This document shows, in pieces, positions 53,332 through 64,000 of a DNA stretch of 64,000 bases. The notes beneath the pieces were generated by a model that ran no database searches, was not told where the DNA came from, and worked only from the letters and a program-made list of their open reading frames with translations. The position numbers and the translations under genes were made by a program. How positions within the stretch are numbered: the first letter of the stretch is position 1; each line of letters begins with the position of its first letter. The stretch spans positions 3,162,001 to 3,226,000 of the forward strand of contig NC_087458.1 of the NCBI RefSeq assembly GCF_036321535.1, written 5' to 3'. The stretch comes from Camelus dromedarius. Taxonomy: Eukaryota.

Positions 53332-56039
53332 AGCTGCCGCTGGGCGGAAGCACCGATGGAGCCGGGACTAGGACCTGCCGAGGGTGGCTAGGGGTGTGGG
53401 GGTGGTGGCTGGCAGAGGTCTGAGGGCTCAGTGGCGAAGCCAGTCCCTGCAAAAAAAGAGAAAGATCTTATTGACTGATTTAGGCAGGGAAACTGAGGCA
53501 CAGGTAGAAGGACCCGCGTGGGGCGGGGGAGAGCTTCACGGCACGGCACACAGTCCTTCTAACTCATGCCTTTGAGCCGCCCCCATCCCCCCAGCGCATG
53601 CCTGAGGAGGTGGGAAGGGTGCACCCGCATTGAAGGATGAGCGCGCGTGCAAATGCGTACGTGCACGCGCAGGAATATCCGCACCCCCACCCTCACCCCA
53701 CGGCTTATCAGACCTTTCCAGCATCCCCCTTTTCTTATCCGCACTTGGAATCCCCCTTTCTAGGATGCTGAACGCCACCCACCCACACACATGCACCCAT
53801 ACATTCACACACATATTCCCATTCCTAACCTCTTTTAGGTTGCCACAGCCCCATAATTTGAATGGGGGGAGGGAGGCAGCTTGCATTTGGGACCTAAAAC
53901 GGGTGGGGGATAATTGGGGGATTCTTTTGCCCCGGCTACGTTCCGCATCACTCCTTGCTCTTTCCCCTCCCAGACTGTACACCCAAATAGATACCTGTCT
54001 GTCCGCAGAATCTTCGCCGGGCCAGGACTGAGGCCAGGGCCACTGGACAGCTGGGGTGGCGGAGCCCGGTTCCTGGGGGCCCACATGGCGTGAGGGGGGG
54101 CACCCGGATTCCCTTGGTGTCAGTATCAGCGCCTAGGCACAGAATCCTGGTCCCTCCTCCCGGTGCGCCCCGGGCACAGCGCCGGCTCGGGAGGAGAGAA
54201 GCTGGCTGGGGGGGGGGGGGGGGGCGGAGCTCTGCCTCGCTATTTATAGCCTAGTCTCTGCGGTTGGGGGCGTCGGGCACCAGACCGTTACCCCACCCAT
54301 GCACACATAAACCCTCAAAAGCTAGAGGCTCCAATCCTGACTTCCCTGGTTTAGCCGACCTCCCCTCAGCCACAACAAACCTAAATGTTCCTTAGGAGAC
54401 TCCTCAGCGACCCGGACTGGGACCATCCCAATTATTCATTGAGCATCTGCAATCTGCAGATCCTCATTCTCCGAGCATGGTGTGTTGAAGCGCGCCTGTG
54501 CGCCAGAACTGACCTGCCACACACGGCACATGGCACCCAGTGCAGAGAGGTGGAGAGAGGCAATGGGGATCCATAGCCGTGGTCCTTACTGTGCAGAGAG
54601 AAGCAAGCGATCCGGCTGCCTTCTCGTAGTTTAAATGTCAGCGGGAGCTGGAGTCAGACACAGCGACACATCTTCATTCTACCTTCCCCAAAACGAAGCA
54701 TGCAGCACAGATAAACTTGGACCTCAGCTCCCTTGTGCAGACCTCTTAGATAAGTATGAGGAGGCTGGATATCTGGGGTCATTTTTAGATACAGCAAAGG
54801 GCATTCCCGGATGCCGCCTCCCCATATTCTTGGAGGAGGGGTGGGAAGAGAGATGGAAAAGGAGTAGAGAAGAGTGAACCTTTTAACACATCCTCTCTCA
54901 CTGCATCTCTTAACTCTCAGTGTTGCCTGGATTCATTATTTTTCCATTTTGCTTGAAGGCCTCGGTTCGAATTGCTCCTTAAAGTCTTTCTCCCTGTCTG
55001 TAGCAGTCGGTTTCTCTGTCTCTGCCTCTCCTCACCACCTGCCCTGTCTCCATGGTTACCATAGCTTCCATCTGCATATTTTAGGAAAGAGTTTGTGTCC
55101 AGCTGGAAAGCATCAGGGGAAGTAGAGGGTGCAGAAAAAAATCCTAAGGATGTGGAAAACTCACTTGAGGTACTTTAGAGGCTAGAGGCCACCAGACACA
55201 AGATACTAAAAACAACGTTCCCGGAGAAGGGAGAGAGAGACGTATTGGCAGGGAAGCTACCCATTTTTCACTAGCTACCACTTATTGGACACCAACTATG
55301 TGCCAAGTACTTTACATACATTACATCCAATTCTCACAACAATGCTATAAGGTAGGAATTATCTTATAGATGAAGAGACTGAGAGTAAAGTTAAGCAAGT
55401 TCTCCGAGGCCTCACAGCCCTGTTTCTGTCCTATTCCAATGACTGGGTGCTTGCCACTCTACTTACAACCATCCCAATCCAGAGGCTTCACTCCCAGGGC
55501 CATTTTCCCTGACATGTGGGTTATTCCTCTTGATTAACTCCTAGATCTGTTTCTACTCTGAATGCTTTCCCTCTGTTTCTGCTTTTTGTGAAAGTGGGAC
55601 TCCTCCTCCCACTATGCCCTCTTTTACCAAAGGCTAGGAGGAACTGGAAGGCAGTGGAAAATGGAGGAAACACTGGGCTCCAGCCCTGCCTCCCCAGCTC
55701 TGGTTTTCTGACTCCTAATCCTTCCTTCCCCAAACTTTCTTTCCATCTTCTCACAGACATGGCAGCAACCCACAGGACTTTTTTTTTTTTTTAAATAAGT
55801 ATTCATTGGTAGTGTTGGAGAGAAGCAGTGATGTAGGATTGAGGGGAAGATTGGAGTAATGTTGGAGTAATAGAGGAGAGGCCAGGCTGTGAAGACAGAC
55901 TCACACAAAGACTGACCCCTAAGGAGCAGGTTTCATGGGGGTTCATTTCTCTGCGGAAGCGCTCTCGACAGAGTCCCCTGGGGAAGTCTGAGTGTCAAGT
56001 TCCCTCTGTGAACTCTTGCTAGCCAGCGGGGCCCTCCAT

Positions 56040-56460
56040 TTGAGATGAGGTCTGAAAAGACTGACCCCCGGTTGATTCTGCAACCCCATCTCTCTCCTCG
56101 CCCGGCTTCTCAAGCCTGAGTTTCGGCTAATTCTCTCGGTTGCTCCTTCCCCTCCCCGGCTTCAAGTGGGCGGACCTCCCTCCTTGGCTTCTCCTAGATT
56201 GGCTGGGAGAACTCACCAATGGGGAGCTCTGGGAGGCGGACCTAGAACGCCACCAGCTTGAGGAAGACAGAGAATTTCAAGTTGGCTGCGGCGTGTGCTC
56301 CGCGTGGGGGAGGGGCAGCAGGTAAGGCTCCGACCTGGTGGCTCTGATCTGGCTCCGACCTGGTGGCTCTGATCTGGTTCCGTCCCACACTTCCCGAGCT
56401 AGTTCACCAGGGCCAAGCTGCTGGGTGCACAGACAACGCTTTTCGGCAGCCTGTTGGATC
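56040..56460. promoter_or_regulatory. POLR3GL / ANKRD34A divergent promoter
   Basis: CpG-rich. Oppositely oriented CCAAT boxes ATTGG 56198-56202 and CCAAT 56216-56220; GC box 56168-56173; POLR3GL exon 1 donor at 56322. Confidence 0.7.
56326..56375. repeat. Exact 25-bp tandem duplication
   Basis: GGCTCCGACCTGGTGGCTCTGATCT twice, followed by a degenerate third copy (GGTTCCG). Confidence 0.95.
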
Positions 56461-56968
56461 AGCCTCTTTCTAGTTCCCTACGCTTTTCCTCTGGTCTCCC
56501 ATTGCTGTGTTGTTTGTATACTGGAGAACCGTAGTTTTCTTTCGCGCATAGGGGTGTTATATTAAAGGAGAAAGTGAAAGAATCACTCTGGTACCTCTGA
56601 CTCTTTGTTATGGCATCAGCTTCCCCTGAATCTATAAATATTATTCCCCTAAAAGGCTGACAAGCTCCGGTTATATATCAAGACTCTGATGAAATATTAC
56701 CTCCTACCTGTAGCTTTCCTGAACCACTTTTTTTTTTGCAGAATTAATTGTTCCCCAGTCTGTCGATAGCTTTTTACGCCTACTTCTATTAGAACCCTTA
56801 GTGCCCGCTCCATCTTTAATGTTTCTATTCTTATAAAGTTTTGTAGGGCAGGTTCTAGTACTTAATAATAGTGTCCAATAAAGGTTAATTGAATGGAATT
56901 GATTGGGGAGTAAGAATTTAAACTCCTAATGTAATTGGGGAACAATCAATAAAAGACAAAATAAAATG

Positions 56969-59097
56969 CAATACAGCATCTAATTATGATCTCTTAAATT
57001 AGTGGTTTGTAATATAATTGTTCCCACAGTCCAGAGAAGGGAGAAAGCTAAGAGGACTGGGATGGTGAGGGGAGGCTTCAGGAATCAGAGGATCTCAAGT
57101 TTGGAACAGCCCTTAGAAATCATGTATTCCTTCCTTCCTTCCTTCCTTCTTTTGGCAAATATTTATTGAGCATCTACTGTATGCCAGACACAATGCTAGA
57201 CGATGGGGATCATAGCGAAGCCTCTACTATAGACATGCATCCTTCCTCTCATAAAATATATTTAGTAAATTGTTATCCTAGCTTCAATTTAAACTTCTTC
57301 AGTAAGAGAACTCCCTATCTCACTTTGCAGGTCATGCCATTTTTGGATATTTGTCCTTCAATCAATATCCAACAAATAAAGCAAGAAATCTATGGCTCAA
57401 GAAAATGCATTCTACGTTTCCATTGTAAAAGAGAGAGAGCTATCCTAGTGGTAACATTCTTGATAAAGAAAACCATCCCTTTTGTTTTCTGATTATAGAA
57501 GTAATATACATGTATTCAAGAAAATTTGGAAATCTATAAAGGTATAAAATACCTATTTCATGACAATTACGTGATAATAATTATTGTTTAATATGTGTCC
57601 TCCCAATTCATTTTCTGCATGTATGTATGTGTGTGTGTACGTATTACACAAATAGAGCCATACAACAAATACAGTTTTATGTCACGCTCCACTCACTTTA
57701 TATTATATTGTAAACATTTTTCTGCCTTTAAGTATTATTTGAAATCATTTTTATGTCTACATAATAGTCTAAAATGGATATTTGATTTTTTTAACCATTC
57801 ATATTTTGTTGGACTATTTAGGTTATTTTAAAATTTGAGCTACCATGGATAGCTCTTTGATGAACATGCTTTTACTTATATCTCTGACTATATAACTGAT
57901 TTCTTTAGAATAGGTTTTCAAAGTAGGATTACTGGATTAAGGATATGAACATTTAAAAGGCTGGAGCTTCAAGCGGTCATATTGCTCCCCTGAAAGATTG
58001 GGTTTAGAGTCCTTCCAGTGAGGTATGACAGTGTCCATCTAAAAAAAAAAAAAAACTCATGCCGAGCTAAAGCTCTAAACGTTCTTAGAAACGATGAACA
58101 GTACATATATGTAAATTTTAAAAATATGAACAGTATATTATGTATATGTATTTACATGCAATATATTGTATATGTGCAGTCAAACTGTAACAATTCTACG
58201 TAATAAAACTGAAAAATGAAAGAAAACCAAAAAACCAAAAAACAAAACAAAAACTCATGCCAGCCTGATTATATTTTAAATATTTGTCAGTTTGATAGGT
58301 AAAGAGTGGTTTCATTGGCCATTCTCTGTTAATTGCCTATTCATGTTCTTTGCACATTTATTCTTTTGGGGTGATTTCTTTAAATTTGGATTTTCATGAG
58401 TTCTACTATAATGAGTGTTAACTCCTTATCTTATTTATTACAAATATAGCAAACTCTAAGCAAACCTCAGTCCTTGAATCTCTTCTTTGTTCACATCCAC
58501 TCCTTCAGGGATCTCACCCAGTCTCATGGCTTGAAATATTTGTGTACTGATAACTCCACTAGAATGTAAGCATCATTTAAACTCCATGGGTGCAGCAGTT
58601 TTTTGTCCTTTTGCTCACTGCTACATCCCTAGCACTTGAAACAGTTCCTGGCACATAGTAAGAACTCAGTAAATGTTTGTTGAATGAATTAGATAGTTTT
58701 ATTATTATTATTACTCCCATTTTACAAATGAAGAAACAGTTCTAGAGTTATTAAATAAATTGCTGAAGATTGTGTAGCTAGAAAGTGACAGAACTGGGAT
58801 TCACACCCTGTTATCTGGATAACAGTTTACTAAATATGATGTATCAGACGAAGGATGCATGTTTAGAGCAGAGAATTCACTATGACCTCCATTGTGTCTG
58901 GCATATAGTAGATGCTCAAAAATATTGGGGGAATGAATAAATGAATGAATGAATACATGATTTCTAAAGGGTGTTCCTAACTTGAGACCTTGTGATTCCT
59001 AAAACCTCCCCTTACCATCCCAGTCTTCTTAGCTTTCTGTGGGAGCAATTATATTATGAACCACTAATTTAAGAGATCATAATTCTGTACTGTATTG
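56969..59097. repeat. Long inverted repeat pair in POLR3GL intron 1 (arms 56969-57195 and 58890-59097)
   Basis: Hand alignment: 56982-57029 vs rc(59037-59084) 45/48 identical; 57042-57129 vs rc(58951-59038) 78/88 identical; the match continues into an L2-like tail. Confidence 0.93.
58064..58248 (+). mobile_element. TSD-flanked polyadenylated insertion of unrecognised origin
   Basis: TSD AAAAACTCATGCC at 58051-58063 and 58249-58261; AATAAA at 58202-58207; degenerate A-rich tail. Confidence 0.7.
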
Positions 59098-59109
59098 TCT
59101 CCTATTGTT

Positions 59110-60700
59110 CCATAACTAGCATGTTGTTAGTATATAGCCTTAATATAATGTGTTGAAAATGACACTTTATCTCTGTGATCCCCCTCCCCCAAACATACAA
59201 CCCCAGTCTAATCAAGAGAAAAACATCAAAAACATTGCAACAGAGGACCACCCTGTAATATTCCTGACCAGTACTCTTTAAAACTATCAGGGTAATAAAA
59301 AACAAGGAAGGTCTGAAAAACTGAATTTTGAATTGCTACTCAAGTTTGTTTCTTTTTTTTAATTAATGGATTTTATTTCTTAAAACAGTTTTAGATATAT
59401 GGAAAAACTGAGCAGATAGTTTCCATATGCCTTGGCACCAGTTCCTGCTTTTATTAACATCGTATACTAATATGGTACATTTGTTATAACGAATGACCCA
59501 ATATCGATACGTTATAATTATTTAAGGCCCGTACTTGATTTGGACTTCCTCAGTTTTACCTAATGCTCTTTCCCATTTCAGGATCCCATCCAGGATAACC
59601 ACATTATCATGGCCTTGCACACACATGCATATATACACGTGCACAAATACATGTGTGTGTATATATACAAAAATGCAATTGAAAGGATACACATGAAAAT
59701 ATTAGTATTGATTACTACTACATCATGGTCATGAACTAATAAGTATTTTTCTTTATAACTTTATGTCTTTCCAAGTTTTCTAGAATAAATACGTAACGCT
59801 TGTATAACTAGAAAACAAAAGGAGTGATTTTCTTTATTTTTAAGTCTGCCACTAGAACAGCTCTGTCTTCTTTACAATGAAAATATGAACATTCCTTGGT
59901 TTTGATGACCTTGACAGTTTTGAAGAGTACAGGTCAGATATGGTATAGGTGCTTCTCCGCTGGAATTTGTCTGATATTTCTCTCCTGATTAGATTGGGGT
60001 TATCAGTTTTGGGGAGGAGAATCACAGAGGTAAAGTGCTGTTTTCATCACATCGTATTAAGGGTGCACACTAACAATATGATCTAATGTTGTTGATGTTG
60101 ACCTTGGTCACCTGGCTGAAGTAATGCTTGTCCACTTGCTACCCTGTGAAGTTACTCCCTCCACCTTTTCAATATTGTATTGGACACAATTCCCTCAACA
60201 CAGGCCACACTTAAGGAGTGGGAAGTTACATTCTCCCTCTTTAGGTGGAATCTACGTAATTTATTTGGAATTCTGCAAAAGAGGTTTGTTTTTTTCTCTC
60301 CTGTATGTTAATTTATTCAAACGTTTATTTATATCAATATGATTTCATGGACGCTTATTTTATACTTTGATGTTATAATCCAATACTGCTTTGTTTTGTT
60401 GCTCAAATTGTTCCGACTTTGGCCATTGGGCGCTCTTTCAGTTGACTCTTGTGCCCCCTTGACATAGCCCCATCAGTGTGTGTGCTGTCGTTGTTGTTTT
60501 GGGAGCACTTCCTTACTTTCTGGCACTACAAGATGCTTCAGTCTCATCTTGCATATTTCCTGCCCGATCCCTAGAATCAGCCTTTTCTCCAAGAAGCCCT
60601 GGTTCCTTTTGTTGGAAGATGGTATTAGAAGCCAAGATCTGGGAGCTAGGTATGCTCCCTGCCACTGGGACATCATTTCTTTCAACTTGCATTCCATTGG
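59110..60700. mobile_element. Old L1 (L1MB-like) 3' UTR fragments: 59110-59320 (+) and ~59350-60700 (-, interrupted)
   Basis: TTCAGGATCCCATCCAGGAT, TTGATGACCTTGACAGTTTTGAAGAGTAC, GTTGACCTTGGTCACCTGGCTGA resemble L1MB 3' UTR motifs. Confidence 0.6.
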
Positions 60701-61088
60701 ATTGAATTGGGGCCTGTTTGGGTTTGGAAAGCCAGGAAGAGAAAAAAGTCAAAGGTCATATGGAGATATGCAGATGGTGATAAACATACAATTAACTTAA
60801 GGACATAGGGAAGCTTTATCCCAGGGTGCTCCAGTTACGCCACATTGCAATTATCGGTCCTGTTGGGGCCATGTCTCATTCATGTTTATATTTTTAGAAA
60901 TATCTTGCCTGCCACTGTGCCTTCTCAAAATTTATGGAATTAAACTGGCTTTTCAGGTCTCAGGGAGAAAAGGTTGAATGTCTTGTACCTCCCTGGCTTC
61001 CTATTCATTCCTCTGTACTTTTTCTCTTTGCTTTTGTCTTTATCAGGTTTTCCTCATTGGATCTCTGACTCCCCAGGCCCCCTCCACC

Positions 61089-63907
61089 ATGGCCAGCCGG
61101 GGCGGGGGCCGGGGTCGCGGCCGGGGCCAGCTGACCTTCAGCGTGGAGGCTGTGGGCATTGGCAAGGGGGATGCCTTGCCCCCACCCACCCTGCAGCCTT
61201 CTCCTCTCTTCCCTGTGAGTGTCTGCCCTCCTTTCCCAAGACTTCCACATGTCCCTGGCTGACTGTATGTGATCCTGGGTTCCTCCTGGGCCATTATAAA
61301 ATCATCCTCACCTTGCCCCTCCCTGTCTCTATACTCCCAACTTACATGGGATGTTTTCCAGGTAAGGAAGTGTCTACCCTTACTTCTTACACTCTCAGCT
61401 CCCCAGCTTTCAAAATGCTGTGTTGCTTCCCCCATTTTCCTTTGGTCCTCTGCTCAGCAGGAGTGTTGGATTGAATTGGGGGGAGAGGAGAGACCCTTCC
61501 AGATTTGTACTCCAGCATTTTCTCCCTGAACTGACCATTGCCTCTGCCTCCTTAGCCCTTGGAGTTCCGCCCAGTGCCTCTGCCCTCGGGAGAGGAAGGG
61601 GAATATGTCCTGGCACTGAAGCAGGAGCTACGAGGGGCCATGAGGCAGCTCCCCTACTTCATTCGGCCTGCTGTCCCCAAGAGAGGTCAGTTAGAATGTA
61701 GCGTCATGTTTTCAGTGCCTTCTGTGAGTAGTACCCTGTACTTAGCGCCACTGGGGCCCAGAGGGGCCAGGAGAGGCACAGGAAGCTCACTGCCTAACAG
61801 GAGAGATCATAATTATTACCCCTGCACTTGAAATGCATTACAGTATCCATGGCTTGTTTTGAATCTTGCAATAGTCTTGGACAGTAGGAGGCTAAGTATT
61901 AAGATGCCCATGTTACAGGTGTAAATGGGGGGTTGTATAAAAACTTGAACAATCTGGATATTGCAGGCACCAGCCAATCAGAAGGGGTTGGGAAGAGGTC
62001 TCTGAGAAGCCCTGCTAATTAAACTATTACCCCTTTGGTGTGTGGATCAGGGCGAGGTCAGGGAGTCCGGGAGGGGCTAGAGAAGGGGGTGCACTTGAGA
62101 GGCTTGGGGTAGTGGATATTTACCAACTGGTGTGGAAGTACAGTTTTTCAGTATTTTGACAACCGGTGTTTTCCTGCTAAAGCCCTAGAAACTGAAGCTC
62201 AGGGAGATGAAACACTTGCCTGAGTTCGTCCCATTAACAAGCAGGAAAGAGGGAAGACTGAAACCGTAGTTTCTCGCTCCCGTATAATTTCCACTGTACC
62301 ACACTACCAGTTAATAGAGCCGTGCCTTTAGGTTAAGGGAGATAACCAACATTGTCACTTTGGGTGGCAAAAGGGCAGGTTAGGACAGTGTCGAAGGTCC
62401 TCACTGAAGCTGACCGCCTGGGCTCTGGGTCTGAGGTGAGGGAACAGAGAGGACTGGGCACAGAGGAGCAACCCTGTTCTAGGGCACTGAAGGAATAAAA
62501 CTTTGAACCCTGGCCTCTGATCCCTTAGATGTGGAGCGTTACTCGGACAAATATCAGATGTCAGGGCCAATTGACAATGCCATCGACTGGAATCCAGGTA
62601 GGTGATGGGCTCTTTCATTGACTTGCCTTCTTTCAAATGCTTGAGATGTCTCAGGCCATAAGACACCGGCCTGCTTACCCTCCTCTGTCCCCACCTCCAC
62701 CCTATCAGGAGCCTTAGATGTGCTACAAAATACTCTTCAGACTCTACCTAAAAACCTACTGAATAGCCCCCACTCCTCTGGAGGCATCCAAGCCAGTTTT
62801 GTTCTGAGCAACTCTGGCCCAACCCCAACCTTCCTCGCCCTTACCCTGGCCCTCATCTCTCCTTTAAAAGTCACCATTCATAGGAGACCCCAGGCAGAGT
62901 CTTACTGACTTTTACGTTCCCGCTCTTCCTAGATTGGCGACGTCTACCCCGAGAGCTAAAGATCCGAGTAAGGAAGCTACAGAAGGAGCGTGAGTGTATC
63001 TGGAAAAAGGAAGGAGAAGAGAGGTTTTCTTTACCACCTGGAGGGCCAAGGCTGCTGGTGGTCTCTGCCCTACCCGTTGCACCCAGTGTTGTTGCTGGAT
63101 GCCATGGTGGCCACATGAGGGCAGCAGAGTGACACGGTGGGTGCAGGAGGGTGGGGTAGGAAGTCTGTTCCCTGATGGTTCACCTTTTGATCCTCTCACC
63201 AGGGACCACCATTCTACTCCCCAAGAGGCCCCCTAAGACCACAGAAGATAAGGAGGACACAATACAGAAACTAGAGGTAAGGAAGAGATTTGCATGGAGA
63301 CCTCCCGGGCCCTGGTCCATCCCTCCCCTTTGACCCTAAGCTTTCCCTTCTGTGGTCTGCACCTGCATCTCTCTTCCTATTCACCCTCACACAAGACCCT
63401 GGAGAAGAAGGAGGAGGAAGTGACTTCAGAGGAAGATGAGGAGAAAGAAGAAGAAGAAGAGAAGGAAGAGGAGGAGGAGGAGGAATATGACGAAGAGGAG
63501 CATGAGGAGGTGAGGGGCCTCCTTTCACTCCTAGTCCCGCTCCCTTCCACTCCTGAGCTCTGGGGATCGCAGCTCCGTCCACGGGATGCTGTCTTCAGAG
63601 GGCGGGAGGGCCAGAGGGGACAGTGCCTCCAGAGGATTGTGGCCTCTACTTTCTCTGTCCTCAAGCGCTTCTCAAGAGTGAACTACAGCTTGGAAGGCCT
63701 TCCCATGCCTGGAATGGTGTGATGGGGAGGGAAGGGGACTGGTACGCAGGGAGGAAGGAGAATGCTGAACGCCTGCCTGATCCATGTTCCTTCCATCCTT
63801 TCTTTCTTTTTCTATTTCAGGAAACTGATTACATCATGTCATATTTTGACAATGGAGAGGACTTTGGGGGTGACAGTGATGACAATATGGATGAGGCTAT
63901 ATACTGA
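61089..63907 (+). CDS. POLR3GL: RNA polymerase III subunit RPC7-like (RPC32-beta), 7 coding exons, 218 aa
   Basis: Coding exons 61089-61214, 61556-61685, 62529-62597, 62933-62989, 63203-63276, 63396-63509, 63821-63907 (657 nt). MASRGGGRGRGRGQLTF..., acidic tail ...DDNMDEAIY*. Non-coding exon 1 ends at 56321 (CAG|GTAAGG); exon 2 acceptor at 61047. Confidence 0.97.
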
Positions 63908-64000
63908 AGAAGGACTCTAAACAATACCCTGGACCTTCATATCTTTTTAAATTTAGGATACAGAGAGTAATTGTCCCCTATAATTTGGTTTTGTGGACAA

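Noticed and set aside
53643-53670. 9-bp perfect hairpin GCGCGTGCA/TGCACGCGC as a miRNA-like structure
   Set aside because: The stem is too short and consistent with chance in alternating CG/CA sequence.

Overview
Mammalian genomic DNA syntenic to the human 1q21.1 TAR-syndrome interval. The tRNA-derived SINEs and L1 3' ends suggest a camelid (inference). Gene order: ITGA10 (-, all 30 coding exons, 1167 aa), PEX11B (-), GNRHR2 (+), RBM8A (-), LIX1L (-), ANKRD34A (-), POLR3GL (+, 218 aa). Exons were traced by hand from splice sites and reading phase. Four N-gaps are present, three of them inside coding exons. Main observations: (1) GNRHR2, disrupted in human and ruminants, is open in every visible codon, has CGA at the position of the human premature TGA, and overlaps RBM8A tail-to-tail with crossed poly(A) signals. 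(2) POLR3GL intron 1 holds a ~210-230 bp inverted duplication of largely non-repeat sequence (blocks 89-94% identical, arms ~1.7 kb apart). (3) A TSD-flanked, polyadenylated 185-bp insert of unrecognised origin lies between those arms. (4) Several candidate alternative-transcript signals occur: a PEX11B MGKL exon with a GC donor, a GNRHR2 5'UTR intron, an ANKRD34A internal TATA promoter and uORF, and an ANKRD34A 3'UTR splice donor. No prokaryotic-type systems are present. Repeat family names are from memory of consensus sequences and need RepeatMasker/Dfam confirmation.
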